Assembly: GCA_963816145.1 (NCBI GenBank)
Contig: CAWFJP010000014.1
Span: 640,001 to 704,000, forward strand
Length of the DNA stretch: 64,000 nucleotides
Reading direction: 5' to 3'
Source: an uncultured delta proteobacterium
Lineage (GTDB): Bacteria; Desulfobacterota; Binatia; UBA9968
Positions 20,322 to 31,847 of this stretch are shown here, piece after piece. The translations under genes were made by a program, and so were the position numbers. Below the pieces are notes generated by a model. That model was given only the letters and a program-made list of their open reading frames with translations. It did no database searches and was not told where the DNA came from. Every line of letters begins with the position of its first letter. The stretch's first letter is position 1.

Positions 20322-21575
20322 ATGTCATTTCTCGAACAGGTAGACCCGGAGGTCTTCGCCGCGATTCAACGGGAAACCCGCCGCTTGGAGGGGAATCTCG
20401 AACTCATCGCCTCGGAAAACGTCGTTAGCGAAGCGGTGCTTGAAGCCCAGGGCTCGGTGATGACTAACAAATATGCCGAAGGCTATCCGGGCAAGAGGTA
20501 TTACGGCGGCTGTGAATTCGTCGACGAAGTCGAATCACTGGCGATCGCCCGCGCCAAGGAATTGTTCGGCGCCGATCATGCCAACGTGCAACCGCACTCC
20601 GGCTCCCAGGCCAACATGACGGTTTACCTCGCGGTGTTGAAACCGGGTGATAGCTATCTTGGCATGAACCTGGCTCATGGCGGCCACCTGTCCATGGGCA
20701 GTCCAGTAAATTTTTCCGGCTTTATTTACAACGTGATTCCCTATGGAGTTTCCGAGAACACCGAGACCATCGACTATGGAGAGGTCGAACGGTTAGCGCA
20801 GCAGCACCGGCCCAAGCTGATAATCGCCGGCGCCAGCGCTTACCCGCGCATCATCGACTATCCGCGTTTCCGCAAGATCGCCGATGAAATCGGCGCGCTC
20901 TTGATGGTCGACATGGCGCATATCGCCGGCTTGGTTGCCGCCGGCTTGCACCCGAGCCCGGTACCCTACGCCGATTTTGTGACGACGACGACGCATAAGA
21001 CCTTGCGCGGGCCGCGCGGCGGCATGGTGCTGTGCAAGGCGGAGCACGCCAAAATCATCGATAGTCGGGTCTTCCCCGGCATGCAGGGCGGACCTTTGAT
21101 GCATGTGATCGCCGCCAAAGCGGTGGCGCTCAAAGAGGCGCTGAGCCCACAGTTCAATGTCTACCAACAGCAGATTGTCAAGAATGCTCAAGCCTTGGCG
21201 CAGTCGCTGATGGCCCGTGGCTTCCGTTTGACCTCCGACGGTACAGACAATCATTTGATGTTGGTTGACCTGAGAAAATCGGAACTGACCGGAAAGGTGG
21301 CGCAAGAAACTTTGGACAGAGCGCGCATCACGGTTAACAAAAACGGCATTCCCTTCGACACCCGGTCGCCGTTTGTCACCAGCGGGATTCGCATCGGCAC
21401 GCCGGCGGTGACCAGCCGCGGAATGAAAGAACCGGAAATGGCCCAGATCGGCGATTTTATCGCCAGGGCGTTGGGCGCGGTGGGTGATGAACTCAAACTT
21501 CGCGCGGTGGCCGACGATGTCGGCGCGCTGTGCAAAAAATTTCCCGTCTATCCGCACCGTCTGAGCGCAAAATGA
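20322..21575 (+). CDS. glyA: Serine hydroxymethyltransferase
   Basis: [37 protein letters not shown]. Confidence 0.98.
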   Translation: MSFLEQVDPEVFAAIQRETRRLEGNLELIASENVVSEAVLEAQGSVMTNKYAEGYPGKRYYGGCEFVDEVESLAIARAKELFGADHANVQPHSGSQANMTVYLAVLKPGDSYLGMNLAHGGHLSMGSPVNFSGFIYNVIPYGVSENTETIDYGEVERLAQQHRPKLIIAGASAYPRIIDYPRFRKIADEIGALLMVDMAHIAGLVAAGLHPSPVPYADFVTTTTHKTLRGPRGGMVLCKAEHAKIIDSRVFPGMQGGPLMHVIAAKAVALKEALSPQFNVYQQQIVKNAQALAQSLMARGFRLTSDGTDNHLMLVDLRKSELTGKVAQETLDRARITVNKNGIPFDTRSPFVTSGIRIGTPAVTSRGMKEPEMAQIGDFIARALGAVGDELKLRAVADDVGALCKKFPVYPHRLSAK

Positions 21576-21585
21576 AGCCGTGCGA

Positions 21586-21644
21586 TTCGGGTTTCCAGTC
21601 TTGGGTTTCGAGTTGTAACCCGGAACGCCAAACCCGGAACTCGG
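21586..21644. repeat. Inverted array of 7-nt units between glyA and nrdR
   Basis: ttcgggt-ttccagt-cttgggt-ttcgagt followed by aacccgg-aacgcca-aacccgg-aactcgg. Confidence 0.65.
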
Positions 21645-21653
21645 ATTAAACGT

Positions 21654-22157
21654 ATGAAATGTCCCTTCTGCCATGAAATAGAGAATCGCGTCATCGATTC
21701 GCGCTTGAGTAAGGACAGCAATATGATTCGCCGCCGGCGCGAGTGCGAGCGCTGCACCCGGCGCTTCACGACTTACGAACGGGTCGAAGAGATGATGCCG
21801 CTGGTGGTCAAAAAGGATGGACGGCGCGAAGCCTACGATCGGGTCAAGATCATCAACGGTCTCAAGCGCGCTTGCGAAAAGCGTCCGGTCAGTATCAACA
21901 CCATCGAAGCGATCGCCGACCGCATCGAGCGGACGATTCAAGAGCGCGGCGAAAAAGAAATCAACAGTTCGGTGATCGGCGAAGCGCTCATGCGCGAGCT
22001 CCATGATACCGATCCGGTGGCTTATGTGCGTTTTGCCTCGGTGTATCGGTCGTTCAAGGACATCGGCGAATTCATGGTCGAGCTCGAGGAGCTCATCAAA
22101 GAACGCAAGAGCCTGCCGCAGCTGAAACCCGGCGACTCCCGCCCGAGAAGGGAATAG
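21654..22157 (+). CDS. nrdR: Transcriptional repressor NrdR
   Basis: MKCPFC, VIDSR, RRRREC..C..RFTTYE, ATP cone, AYVRFASVY. Confidence 0.97.
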   Translation: MKCPFCHEIENRVIDSRLSKDSNMIRRRRECERCTRRFTTYERVEEMMPLVVKKDGRREAYDRVKIINGLKRACEKRPVSINTIEAIADRIERTIQERGEKEINSSVIGEALMRELHDTDPVAYVRFASVYRSFKDIGEFMVELEELIKERKSLPQLKPGDSRPRRE

Positions 22158-22159
22158 CG

Positions 22160-23263
22160 TTGTCCGGAGACCAGGTAGTCGAGCAGGAAGAGCGGTACTT
22201 GCGCTTGGCCTGTCGTTTGGCGCGTAAGGCGGCGGGGCGAACCAGTCCCAACCCGATGGTCGGCGCTGTGCTGGTGCGCCGCGGCAAAATCGTCGGCACC
22301 GGTTATCACCACTATGCCGGCGGTCCTCACGCCGAAATCAACGCTCTCAAACAAGCTGGCGCCAAGGCCGAAGGCGCGACTCTTTACATCACCCTCGAGC
22401 CTTGCAGCCATCAAGGGCGGACGCCGCCCTGCACCCGGGCGCTGATCGGCGCGGGGGTTCGTGAAGTGGTCGCCGGCATGAAAGACCCCAATCCTTTGGT
22501 CGCTGGGCGGGGCTTTCAGCAATTGCGCCGTGCCGGTATCAAAGTCCGTTCTGGCCTGTGCCAAGAGGAATCCGCGCAGGTCGTCGAGGCGTTCGCCAAG
22601 TTCATCACTAAACGGCTGCCCTTCGTCACTCTCAAACTAGCGGCGACCCTCGACGGCAAGATCGCCAGTGCCAGCGGCGACGCGCGGTGGATCAGCGGTG
22701 AGCGCTCGCGCGCCCTGGTGCATCGCTGGCGCAATGAAATGGATGCTGTGCTCGTCGGTTCGGGCACGGCGCGTGCCGACGATCCGCTGTTGACCTGCCG
22801 CATTGCCGGTGGGCGCAATCCTTACCGGGTGGTGCTCGATAGCCGGCTGCGGGTTTCGCTGTCGGCGCAGCTTTTACGATTGCCGGATGCTGGCAAAACT
22901 ATCATCGCAACGACCAACAAGGCGCCGCTCAGCAAGGTGCGCGCGTTGGCAAAGCTGGGGGTTGTCGTTTGGCGTTTGCCCAGTCGCAACGATCAGGTGG
23001 CGTGGCTGCCGCTGTTGCGTAAGCTCGCCAGCCTCGGTGTCGTGAGTCTCTTAATCGAAGGCGGTGCCGCGGTGGCGACGTCGGCGCTCAAGAACAAAGT
23101 TGTCGATAAGTTGGCGCTGTTCTATGCGCCGAAGATCATCGGCGGCGATGGCCGGTCGATGATCGGCCCGCTCGGTATCGACAAAATGGCCCAGGCGCTG
23201 GCGCTGCGGCGCTTCGACTTGCGCCGTTCCGGCAATGATCTATTGCTGTTAGGGTATTTATAA
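22160..23263 (+). CDS. ribD: Riboflavin biosynthesis deaminase/reductase
   Basis: PNPMVG, HAE, TLEPCSH.GRTPPC, TLDGKIA, IEGG. Confidence 0.96.
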   Translation: MSGDQVVEQEERYLRLACRLARKAAGRTSPNPMVGAVLVRRGKIVGTGYHHYAGGPHAEINALKQAGAKAEGATLYITLEPCSHQGRTPPCTRALIGAGVREVVAGMKDPNPLVAGRGFQQLRRAGIKVRSGLCQEESAQVVEAFAKFITKRLPFVTLKLAATLDGKIASASGDARWISGERSRALVHRWRNEMDAVLVGSGTARADDPLLTCRIAGGRNPYRVVLDSRLRVSLSAQLLRLPDAGKTIIATTNKAPLSKVRALAKLGVVVWRLPSRNDQVAWLPLLRKLASLGVVSLLIEGGAAVATSALKNKVVDKLALFYAPKIIGGDGRSMIGPLGIDKMAQALALRRFDLRRSGNDLLLLGYL

Positions 23264-23277
23264 GGCGGGCTCAGCCA

Positions 23278-23871
23278 ATGTTTACCGGATTGATCGAAGA
23301 TGTCGGCAAGATCGCCGCTTTGCGACTGCGCCACGGCTCGGCCGTAATAACCGTGCAAACCAGTTTGCCGGTACGCAGGATGGCCATGGGGGCGAGCGTC
23401 GCCGTCAATGGCGCCTGTTTGACGGTCGTAAGGAAATTGAAAAACGCCTTCACCGTCGATGTCTCGCCGGAGACCCTGGCCTGCACAAACTTGGGCGCGC
23501 TCAAAGCCGGCAGCCTGGTCAATCTTGAGCAGCCCATGCGTTTGAACGAGCGCCTGGGCGGCCATCTAGTCACCGGCCATGTCGATTGTGTCGGCGCTAT
23601 CGCGGCTATTGAAAAGCACGGCGAGTTTACCATCTTTACTTTCCAGGTCGCCAGGCAACTCGGTCGCTTGTTGGTCTCCAAAGGGTCGGTCGCGGTGGAC
23701 GGCATCAGCCTCACTGTGAACCAGTGCCGGCGCGCGCGTTTTTCCGTGGCGATTATTCCGTTTACCTTGCAACACACTAATTTGCAGGGTCGCAGGGTTG
23801 GTGATAAGGTCAACATCGAAACCGATTTGATCGGTAAATATGTTCATCGCTTCTTGGTAAAGCGCAGCTAA
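23278..23871 (+). CDS. ribE: Riboflavin synthase (alpha chain)
   Basis: MFTGLIE, GGHLVTGHVD, KGSVAVDGISLTV, VNIETD. Confidence 0.96.
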   Translation: MFTGLIEDVGKIAALRLRHGSAVITVQTSLPVRRMAMGASVAVNGACLTVVRKLKNAFTVDVSPETLACTNLGALKAGSLVNLEQPMRLNERLGGHLVTGHVDCVGAIAAIEKHGEFTIFTFQVARQLGRLLVSKGSVAVDGISLTVNQCRRARFSVAIIPFTLQHTNLQGRRVGDKVNIETDLIGKYVHRFLVKRS

Positions 23872-23901
23872 GTATTCTTTTTAGATTAGCTTATTCAATT
23901 C

Positions 23902-25128
23902 ATGGCGATCGCGACAATTGAACAGGGCCTGGACGATATCCGCGCCGGTCGGATGGTGATCCTGATAAATGAGGACACCCCGGAGGATGACGGGTTTCTG
24001 TGCATGGCGGCGGAAAAAGTTACTGCTGAAAGCATCAACTTCATGATGCATCATGGCCGGGGCATTATTTATGTGACCTTGACCGACGAGCGCGTGCGCG
24101 AGTTGGGCGTGCCGTTGGTGCCGGAGGAAAATAGTCGGCTATCCGGTCTTCTTTCCGGTGCGGCGTTCTCGGTCAATTTACCGGGCGTGCATGGCGTTTC
24201 CGCTCAGGGGCGGGCGCACACGATTCGTGCGGTTATCGCCGATAGCACCAAGCATGAAGACCTGATGGTGCCGGGCCATGTGCAGCCGCTGCAAGCCCGC
24301 AGCGGCGGTGTCTTGGCTCGCTCCGGACGCACTGACGCTTCGGTGGACCTATCCAGGCTTGCCGGCTTTAAGCCGGCGGGCGTGATCTGCCAAATCTTGG
24401 ATGAAGACGGTTCGGTGGCGGTCTTGCCGTCGTTGGAACGGCTGGCCGAACGGCATGATTTAAAAATTCTCTCGGTGGCGAGTTTGATCGCCCACCGGTT
24501 GCGCAATGAGAGTTTGGTGCGGCGCGTCGCCGAAGAAGAGTTTCCGACGTTGCACGGCGGGCAATACCGAGCGATTGTTTACCGCAACGCCGTCGACGGC
24601 GCGGAGCATATGGCGCTGGTCAAGGGCGATATTTCCAAATCTGCCAACGTTCTGGTGCGTTTGCACTCGGAATGTTTGACTGGCGATGTCTTTGGATCCG
24701 AGCGCTGCGATTGCGGCGATCAGATTCGCGAGTCTTTGCGCCGGATCGACGACCAGGGCTGCGGCGTGTTGGTCTATATGCATCAAGAGGGCAGGGGCAT
24801 CGGCCTCACCAACAAGATCAAAGCCTATGCGCTGCAGGACCAGGGGCGCGACACGGTCGAAGCCAATCTCGAGTTGGGCTTCAAAGAGGACCTGCGCGAT
24901 TATGGCATCGGCGCGCAGATTCTGCGCGATTTGAAGATCGAAAACGTTTCGCTCTTGACCAACAATCCGCGAAAGATTTCCGGCTTGGAAAATTACGGCG
25001 TGAAAGTGGTCGAGCGCGTGCCGCTGGAAGCCCAGCCGCTCAAGAGCAATATTCACTACCTGCGCACCAAGCGAAGCAAGCTCGGCCATATGTTGTCGAA
25101 TCTCGAAGACAAAAACGCCAAGCGCTGA
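23902..25128 (+). CDS. ribBA: RibBA-type protein: degenerate DHBP synthase domain + intact GTP cyclohydrolase II
   Basis: GCH II motifs [28 protein letters not shown] intact; N-terminal RibB motifs altered. Confidence 0.9.
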   Translation: MAIATIEQGLDDIRAGRMVILINEDTPEDDGFLCMAAEKVTAESINFMMHHGRGIIYVTLTDERVRELGVPLVPEENSRLSGLLSGAAFSVNLPGVHGVSAQGRAHTIRAVIADSTKHEDLMVPGHVQPLQARSGGVLARSGRTDASVDLSRLAGFKPAGVICQILDEDGSVAVLPSLERLAERHDLKILSVASLIAHRLRNESLVRRVAEEEFPTLHGGQYRAIVYRNAVDGAEHMALVKGDISKSANVLVRLHSECLTGDVFGSERCDCGDQIRESLRRIDDQGCGVLVYMHQEGRGIGLTNKIKAYALQDQGRDTVEANLELGFKEDLRDYGIGAQILRDLKIENVSLLTNNPRKISGLENYGVKVVERVPLEAQPLKSNIHYLRTKRSKLGHMLSNLEDKNAKR

Positions 25129-25150
25129 TCGTAGCAGACGGTGATTCGCA

Positions 25151-25618
25151 ATGGCCAAAATTCTCGAAGGAAAACCGGACGCGCAGGGCTTGAAGATCGG
25201 CATCGTCGTCAGCCGCTTCAACAGTTTCGTCACTGAGCGCTTGCTCGAAGGTGCGTGCGACGGCTTTAGCAGTCACGGCGGCGCCGAAGATGATTTGACG
25301 GTGGTGCGGGTGCCGGGGGCATTCGAGATTGCCATTGTTGCCGACAAGATGGCCGCCAGCGGCAAATACGACGCGCTGGTTTGCTTAGGCGCGGTGATCC
25401 GCGGCGATACGCCGCACTTCGATTATGTTTGCGAAGCGGTCACCCAAGGTTTGGGCGATGTGGTCAAGACGCATAAGATTCCCGTCGGCTTCGGCGTCCT
25501 GACCACCGACAATGTGCAGCAGGCGATGGACCGCGCCGGTAGCAAGGACGCTAACAAGGGTTACGAAGCGTTGTTGGTCGCTGTCGAGATGGTCAACGTG
25601 CTCCGACAGGTGTCTTAA
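25151..25618 (+). CDS. ribH: Lumazine synthase
   Basis: SRFN, VPGAFE, LGAVIRGDTPHFDY, FGVLT. Confidence 0.97.
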   Translation: MAKILEGKPDAQGLKIGIVVSRFNSFVTERLLEGACDGFSSHGGAEDDLTVVRVPGAFEIAIVADKMAASGKYDALVCLGAVIRGDTPHFDYVCEAVTQGLGDVVKTHKIPVGFGVLTTDNVQQAMDRAGSKDANKGYEALLVAVEMVNVLRQVS

Positions 25619-25624
25619 CATTCC

Positions 25625-26113
25625 GTGTTTGCCGCCGGCAGTCAATTCGAGCGACCATTGTCACAGGATTCATCGGACACTACGCCCGCCGCACCGCGCA
25701 CCATGCGCCGCAAAGGCCGCGAGCTGGCTCTCCAAGCGCTTTATCAAATCGAAATCACCGGCGATTCTTCCATTGCGGCGGTGGATTTATTTCTCCAACA
25801 TTTTGAAGGCGGCGCCAAAGCCAAAGAGTTTGCCCGGCGTTTGGTATCCGGCGTGGTGAGCCAGCGGCCGGAGCTCGATCGTTTGATCGAGCAGTCGACG
25901 GAACACTGGAAAATGGAACGGCTCGCCAAAGTCGATCATGAGCTCCTGCGTTTGGCGGCGTACGAAGTGGCGTTCTGTCCGGATATTCCGGTTGCCGTTA
26001 GTCTCGACGAAGCGGTGGAGATCGCCAAGCGGTTCGGCAGTGAAGATTCGGCCAGTTTTATCAATGGCGTGCTCGACCGCATCGCGCAGACGAGCCGCGC
26101 CGATTCCGCTTAG
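25625..26113 (+). CDS. nusB: Transcription antitermination factor NusB (start may be downstream at MRRKGRE)
   Basis: [33 protein letters not shown]. Confidence 0.94.
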   Translation: MFAAGSQFERPLSQDSSDTTPAAPRTMRRKGRELALQALYQIEITGDSSIAAVDLFLQHFEGGAKAKEFARRLVSGVVSQRPELDRLIEQSTEHWKMERLAKVDHELLRLAAYEVAFCPDIPVAVSLDEAVEIAKRFGSEDSASFINGVLDRIAQTSRADSA

Positions 26114-26123
26114 GCAGTGGGTT

Positions 26124-28721
26124 ATGGACGAACGTTATCAAGCTAGAGCGATCGAGGAAAAGTGGCAAAAGCTTTGGGCCGATGAACAGGCGTATCGGGT
26201 GACCGAAGACCCTGCAAAGCCCAAGTATTATGTTCTCGAGATGTTTCCCTATCCCTCCGGCCGGATTCACATGGGCCATGTGCGCAACTATTCCATCGGC
26301 GATGTGGTCGCGCGCTACAAGCGCATGCGCGGTTTCAATGTGCTCCATCCGATGGGTTGGGATGCCTTCGGCTTGCCGGCCGAGAATGCCGCAATTGAGC
26401 GTAAGGTGCATCCGGAGGTCTGGACCCGGGAAAATATTCTCTACATGAAGACTCAGTTGAAGCGCATGGGTCTGTCGTACGATTGGGACCGGGAGATCGC
26501 CACTTGCCAACCTGATTATTACCGCTGGAATCAATGGATCTTTTTGCAGTTCTACAAGAAGGGGCTGGCCTACAAGAAAAGCTCCTTCGTTAACTGGTGT
26601 CCGTCTTGTGAAACCGTGCTGGCCAACGAGCAGGTGATCGATGGAGCCTGTTGGCGCTGCGATTCCATCGTGGTTCAGAAAGAGTTGGAGCAGTGGTTTT
26701 TTCGCATTACCGATTATGCCGATGAGCTGCTCCAGGATCTCGATCAACTCTCCGGCTGGCCGGACAAAGTGTTGACGATGCAGCGCAATTGGATCGGCAA
26801 ATCGATCGGCGCCGAGATTGATTTCCCGTTGGTCGGCCACGATGGCGTGCTCAAGATTTTTACCACCCGTCCGGACACGATTTTTGGCGCGACTTTCGTC
26901 TCGCTGGCGGTGGAACATCCGCTGGCGTTGCATTTGTCGGCTGGCACGGCGCAGGAAAACGCCGTCAAGCTGTTCATCGAGCGCTTCAAGAACATCAGCC
27001 AAGCCAAGCGCGGAGCCGACGAGGATGAGAAAGAAGGCGTCTTTACCGGCGCCCATTGCCGCAATCCGTTCACCGGGGAAAACATTCCGATCTATTTGGC
27101 CAACTTCGTCCTGATGGAGTATGGCACCGGCGCGGTGATGGCGGTGCCGGCGCATGACCAGCGTGATTACGAATTCGCGAAAAAGTATCGGTTGGCAATA
27201 CGCGTAGTCATTCAACCTAAAGACAAAACACTGGATGGCGATACCCTGAAAGAAGCTTACATCGACGAAGGCATAATGCGCGATAGCGGCGAATTCTCCG
27301 GCACGGCCAATGTCGCCGGTAAGGAAAAGATCGCCGCCTTTGCCGAAGCCAAGGGCTTTGGCAAGAAAGCGATTCGCTTTCGACTGCGCGATTGGGGTGT
27401 GTCGCGTCAACGTTATTGGGGCACGCCGATACCGATCATTTACTGCGACAAGTGCGGCGCCGTGCCGGTGCCTGAAGATCGCTTGCCGGTGGAGCTGCCC
27501 AAGGACGTGCCGTTTTCCGGCAAGGGCGGATCGCCGTTGCAAGAAAGCGCGGCATTCGTGCAGGTGGATTGCCCGCAGTGCGGCGGCATAGGGCGGCGTG
27601 AGACCGATACCATGGACACCTTTGTCGATTCGTCCTGGTACTATTTGCGCTACGCGTCGGCCGATTGTAAAACTGCACCGGTGGACGTAGACCGGGGACG
27701 CTACTGGATGGCGGTGGATCAGTATATCGGCGGCGTCGAGCATGCCGTCTTGCATCTGCTTTACGCGCGTTTTTTTACCAAAGCCTTGCGCGACATCGGT
27801 CTGACCCACGTCGATGAACCGTTCAGTAACTTGCTCACCCAGGGCATGGTTTCCAAAGAAACCTACAAATGCTCGGAGCATGGCTGGCTGTTTCCCAACG
27901 AATTGACCGGGGCGGAAAAAGACGGTTGGCAGTGTCCGCATTGCGGCCGGGCGGTCGACAAAGGCCGGGTCGAGAAGATGTCCAAGTCGAAAAAGAACAT
28001 CATCGATCCGGAGGACTTGATCGCCGCCTTCGGCGCCGATACCGCCAGACTGTTTACTCTATTTGCCGCGCCGCCGGAGAAAGATCTCGAGTGGAGCGAC
28101 CAAGGCGTCGAAGGCGCTTACCGATTCCTCAGCCGTTTGTGGCGGTTAGTCTATCAGCACCGCGATCTATGGCCGGCGGCGACTACTCGATCGGCAGGTG
28201 ATGAAGCCAACGCCGAACTGCGCGACTTGCGCCGATCGGTGCATCGGACCATCAAAAAAGTTTCCGACGATATCGACGGGCGATTTCATTTCAACACCGC
28301 CATTGCCGCGATCATGGAGCTGTTTAACCTCCTTAGCGCCGCCGCCCAAGACCCGGCTAAAAAGGCGGCCGGCGCCGCGATCATCCGCGAGGGATTGGAG
28401 TCGATCATCCTGCTCTTGGCGCCCTTTGTGCCGCATGTTGCGAACGAGCTTTGGCAACAATCGGGCCATCGCGAGCGGCTCGATCGTGTCGCCTGGCCGA
28501 GCTATTCGGACGCGGCGCTTGAAGAAGAACAACTGCTGATCGTCGTGCAAGTCAATGGCAAGGTCCGCGGCAAGATGACGGTTCCCGCCGAAATTACCCA
28601 AGAGCGAATCGAAGCGAGCGCCATGGCCGATGCCAAGGTGATGAGTTTCTGCGACGGCAAGAAAATAACACGACTGGTCTACGTGCCGCGCCGTTTGATC
28701 AATATCGTGGTGGAAGGGTGA
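26124..28721 (+). CDS. leuS: Leucine--tRNA ligase
   Basis: [28 protein letters not shown] editing motif, [13 protein letters not shown]. Confidence 0.98.
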   Translation: MDERYQARAIEEKWQKLWADEQAYRVTEDPAKPKYYVLEMFPYPSGRIHMGHVRNYSIGDVVARYKRMRGFNVLHPMGWDAFGLPAENAAIERKVHPEVWTRENILYMKTQLKRMGLSYDWDREIATCQPDYYRWNQWIFLQFYKKGLAYKKSSFVNWCPSCETVLANEQVIDGACWRCDSIVVQKELEQWFFRITDYADELLQDLDQLSGWPDKVLTMQRNWIGKSIGAEIDFPLVGHDGVLKIFTTRPDTIFGATFVSLAVEHPLALHLSAGTAQENAVKLFIERFKNISQAKRGADEDEKEGVFTGAHCRNPFTGENIPIYLANFVLMEYGTGAVMAVPAHDQRDYEFAKKYRLAIRVVIQPKDKTLDGDTLKEAYIDEGIMRDSGEFSGTANVAGKEKIAAFAEAKGFGKKAIRFRLRDWGVSRQRYWGTPIPIIYCDKCGAVPVPEDRLPVELPKDVPFSGKGGSPLQESAAFVQVDCPQCGGIGRRETDTMDTFVDSSWYYLRYASADCKTAPVDVDRGRYWMAVDQYIGGVEHAVLHLLYARFFTKALRDIGLTHVDEPFSNLLTQGMVSKETYKCSEHGWLFPNELTGAEKDGWQCPHCGRAVDKGRVEKMSKSKKNIIDPEDLIAAFGADTARLFTLFAAPPEKDLEWSDQGVEGAYRFLSRLWRLVYQHRDLWPAATTRSAGDEANAELRDLRRSVHRTIKKVSDDIDGRFHFNTAIAAIMELFNLLSAAAQDPAKKAAGAAIIREGLESIILLLAPFVPHVANELWQQSGHRERLDRVAWPSYSDAALEEEQLLIVVQVNGKVRGKMTVPAEITQERIEASAMADAKVMSFCDGKKITRLVYVPRRLINIVVEG

Positions 28722-28724
28722 ACT

Positions 28725-29339
28725 ATGTTTATTTCTTTGGTTCGACAGTGGCTTAGTTTGCGGTTCTTCTTGGCTGGCGTCGCTTTGATCCCGCTTGGCG
28801 GCTGCGGCTATCAGTGGGTTGGGCAATCGTCGCTCTTGCCGAAGGATGCCCGGACCGTCTACATCGAGCCGTTTATCAATCGCAGCCGCGACATCGGGAT
28901 GGAAAAGGAGCTGACCTCGGCGCTGCGCAGCGAGTTTTACCGCCGTGGCCAGCTGCGGGTGGTCGATGCTTCGGAGCAGGCCGACATCATTCTTAGCGGC
29001 GTGGTTCGCTCTCTCGAAACTACTGTGGCGTCGGTGAACCGGTACGATGAAGTGCTGCAATATCAAGCGCTACTAGTTCTAGACGCGACATTGCGGCGGC
29101 GCGAACCCAATGAAATTCTTTGGCGCGGCCAAGCGATGCGCCTAACAGAACTGTACGGTGGCTCTCGCGCGGCGGTGGTGACCACTTCCTCCGAATTCAG
29201 CACTGGCACACTCAGCGCCAACAATGTCCGGAATATGACTGACGTTCAATTGACCGAAAGCGAGCGGCGGGGGGTCCGCGACCGGCTAATGGAACGTTTC
29301 GCCACAGAAATTCACCAGCGCGTCATAGAAATGTTCTAA
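28725..29339 (+). CDS. lptE: LptE family LPS-assembly lipoprotein
   Basis: Lipobox LGGCGY; TVYIEPFINRS; canonical position after leuS. Confidence 0.85.
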   Translation: MFISLVRQWLSLRFFLAGVALIPLGGCGYQWVGQSSLLPKDARTVYIEPFINRSRDIGMEKELTSALRSEFYRRGQLRVVDASEQADIILSGVVRSLETTVASVNRYDEVLQYQALLVLDATLRRREPNEILWRGQAMRLTELYGGSRAAVVTTSSEFSTGTLSANNVRNMTDVQLTESERRGVRDRLMERFATEIHQRVIEMF

Positions 29340-29647
29340 ACCCAGAGACCATCGTTGAAATAGGGGCGGTCGGAAAGGCGCTATCCTGGCGCCGTGAAAA
29401 CAATGGGATACTATCACTTGCTACTCGCGATAAGCGCTGCCTTGAGCTTGGCAAGCGAGAAAGAGCGATGGCGTGCAACCGCTAAACACGATATTTCTAA
29501 GTTACGTTTGGGTGCTTTCACAAATCCCGCATCGCAGCTCGCTCAGTAGCCCGAGTTTTAGCGGCAGTAACCGAGCTTAAACAAATTCGGCGGCAACTTG
29601 TGTCGCCGCCGAATAACAATATTTTAAATTTGCTTTGGGCGGTTTGC

Positions 29648-29920
29648 TTAACTCACCGATTTGCTGCGGTGCGCGGAACGAGAAAGACGGGACAACCAAC
29701 GCGATGCGGTGTTTTTCTTGACGATGCCCTTGCTCACGGCTTTGCCGAGAGCTTTGTTAACGCCGTGAATTTGACTGGTCGCGGCCTCTTGATTGTTGGC
29801 TTCGATCGCCTGCCGGGCCTTTTTCATAAGCGTGCGCAGTCTCGATTTGATTTCGATGTTGCGGGTGCGCCGTTTCACACTCTGCCGGTAGCGTTTTTCG
29901 ACCGATGGATGATCTGCCAA
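29648..29920 (-). CDS. rpsT: 30S ribosomal protein S20
   Basis: TTG start with RBS ggagg; ADHPSVEKRYRQ..KR..RN, KGIVKKNTASR. Confidence 0.95.
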   Translation of the reverse strand: MADHPSVEKRYRQSVKRRTRNIEIKSRLRTLMKKARQAIEANNQEAATSQIHGVNKALGKAVSKGIVKKNTASRWLSRLSRSAHRSKSVS

Positions 29921-30748
29921 GGATTGCCTCCAGTAAGATTTAGGTAATCTTTTGTAACATCGGCTACCTTGAGAGTCAACGCGAACGACGATTGAACCGC
30001 TTAGGGCGATCATTTGCCGATTATTGCCGGCGTGATGCCGCGCCAATGAGAGTAGAGATCGGTCGGTTTGCCTGCAACAACGATTGATTTAGCCGATTAC
30101 TCTTTAGGCGGCGGTGCAACGTTCCCGGGATCTGCTGTCGGAGCCATCCGGTTTGGGTAGACACTTCGTGGATCGGAACTGACGCAAAGTGTCAACTAGT
30201 TGAATCATTGACCGATCTGTAGCCGTGAATTTGTGCAAATCGCTGCGCAGGGCCTTTTGTCGCACGCGCGGTCGATGTCCAACGGTAGTTATCAACATGA
30301 TATTCACAGACATTGTCGACATTTATGGGCCTTCTTGATTTTGCCAGCGCTGCTGAGAGGTCACATGACTTGGCCTGCCGGTAAATTTCTGGGCGATCGA
30401 TGCCGCGATGCCGAATCGCTAGGCCTCGCGTGAGTCATGATCGTGAAGGCCGCATTGGGTTGATCGGTTATTTCGACGGTCGCGTCGGGCCAGCGAACGG
30501 GTTCTCGCCGCCTCTCGTCATGCTCGTCAGAGTGTTCAACAAGCTCCGATCGCGCGGCGGCGTCTTGCACCGGCTGCCCTGATCGAGCGATGGCGTCGGA
30601 ATAACGGAGTTGGTTAATGTCGCCGGAGCTATACTTCCGTGGCGATATGTGCTCAGATTACTTGAATCTCCGTTGCACATATGTAATAAAAATCGACTAA
30701 CACAAGTAAATCGAGGGACGTGTGACGGGAAAGGAGGTGAACAAAGAT

Positions 30749-31000
30749 ATGCGGAACAAATTTGTTTCATTGTCGGCCATTGCGCTGTTTGCTCTTACTT
30801 TGACGGTTGTGGGTTGCGGCAAGAAAGAGGAACCAGCTCCGCCTCCGCCGCCGCCGGCTCCTGCTCCGGCAGCGCCAGCGGAACCAGCGGCTCCAGCGGG
30901 CGATCAGAAAGCCGCTGAACCAATGAAGGAAGGCGCTCCGGCAGCCGATAAGGCCGCTGAGAAGCCAGCAGAAAAGAAAGACGAGGCTAAAACCAAGTAA
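30749..31000 (+). CDS. Small Pro/Ala/Lys-rich disordered lipoprotein
   Basis: Strong RBS aaggaggtga; lipobox VVGC followed by KKEEPAPPPPPP. Confidence 0.8.
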   Translation: MRNKFVSLSAIALFALTLTVVGCGKKEEPAPPPPPPAPAPAAPAEPAAPAGDQKAAEPMKEGAPAADKAAEKPAEKKDEAKTK

Positions 31001-31027
31001 GTGTTTTGGGTCTTAGCTTAGACAACC

Positions 31028-31062
31028 AAAAAAGGGGAAGGGGGTAACCTTTCCCCTTTTTT
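31028..31062. terminator. Intrinsic terminator, potentially bidirectional
   Basis: aaaaaaggggaagg...cctttcccctttttt. Confidence 0.85.
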
Positions 31063-31087
31063 GCAATTTCGGTGCTAGTTCTGACGA

Positions 31088-31816
31088 GTGACGACCATTG
31101 CCAACATGACTCTTACGGAGCACCTGGAGGAGCTTCGTTGGTGTTTGCTTAGGTCGGTGATTGCGGTTTTGCTCGGTTCGACGGTTTGTTATTTCTATTC
31201 CAACGCGATCTTTGCCTTCATGGTTGCGCCGCTTCGAGAAAATCTGCAACCTGGGCAGGGCTTAATCGGCACCAGCGTTACCGAAGCCTTTTTCAGCGAG
31301 ATCAAGGTCGCGATCGCGGCGGGTGTGTTGTTCACCTGTCCTTATATTTTTTATCAGATCTGGCGGTTTATCGCGCCAGGATTGTCCGGTGGCGAAAAAA
31401 GACTCGTGCTGCCGTTCGTCTTGTGCGCTACTTTGTTCTTTCTGGGCGGCGCATATTTTTGCTATCGGATCGTTCTCCCTGTGGCTTTTAAATATTTTGT
31501 CGACCAATACGACACCATGGGAGTATTGCCGGCCATAAGGATCGGCGAGTACTTTACATTTTTTTTCAGGATGGTATTGGCCTTCGGGATTACTTTTGAA
31601 CTCCCGGTCTTTACATTTTTCCTGGTGCGGTTGGGATTGTGGAATTACCGGTTGATGATCAGCTCGTTTCGCTACGCCATCATCGTTATCTTCGTGTTGG
31701 CGGCGATCTTGACCCCGACCCCGGATGTCATCAACCAGAGTCTCTTGGCGCTGCCGATGTTGGTGTTGTACGTCGCGAGTATCGGCGTCGCCTATGTTTG
31801 GCGAAAAACGGATTGA
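31088..31816 (+). CDS. tatC: Twin-arginine translocase subunit TatC
   Basis: MTLTEHLEELR, YQIWRFIAPGL, FELP, LTPTPD. Confidence 0.96.
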   Translation: MTTIANMTLTEHLEELRWCLLRSVIAVLLGSTVCYFYSNAIFAFMVAPLRENLQPGQGLIGTSVTEAFFSEIKVAIAAGVLFTCPYIFYQIWRFIAPGLSGGEKRLVLPFVLCATLFFLGGAYFCYRIVLPVAFKYFVDQYDTMGVLPAIRIGEYFTFFFRMVLAFGITFELPVFTFFLVRLGLWNYRLMISSFRYAIIVIFVLAAILTPTPDVINQSLLALPMLVLYVASIGVAYVWRKTD

Positions 31817-31847
31817 AAAAGTTTGTTACTAGGGATGAGGAGGAGTC

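Noticed and set aside
26061-27941. 626-aa antisense ORF (also 20793-22004, 53766-55472 and many shorter ones)
   Set aside because: Shadow ORFs opposite well-conserved genes, expected at high GC; no recognisable motifs
30749-31000. TatA/TatB upstream of tatC
   Set aside because: Has a lipobox Cys and Pro-rich tail, no FG hinge or amphipathic helix, and is separated from tatC by a terminator
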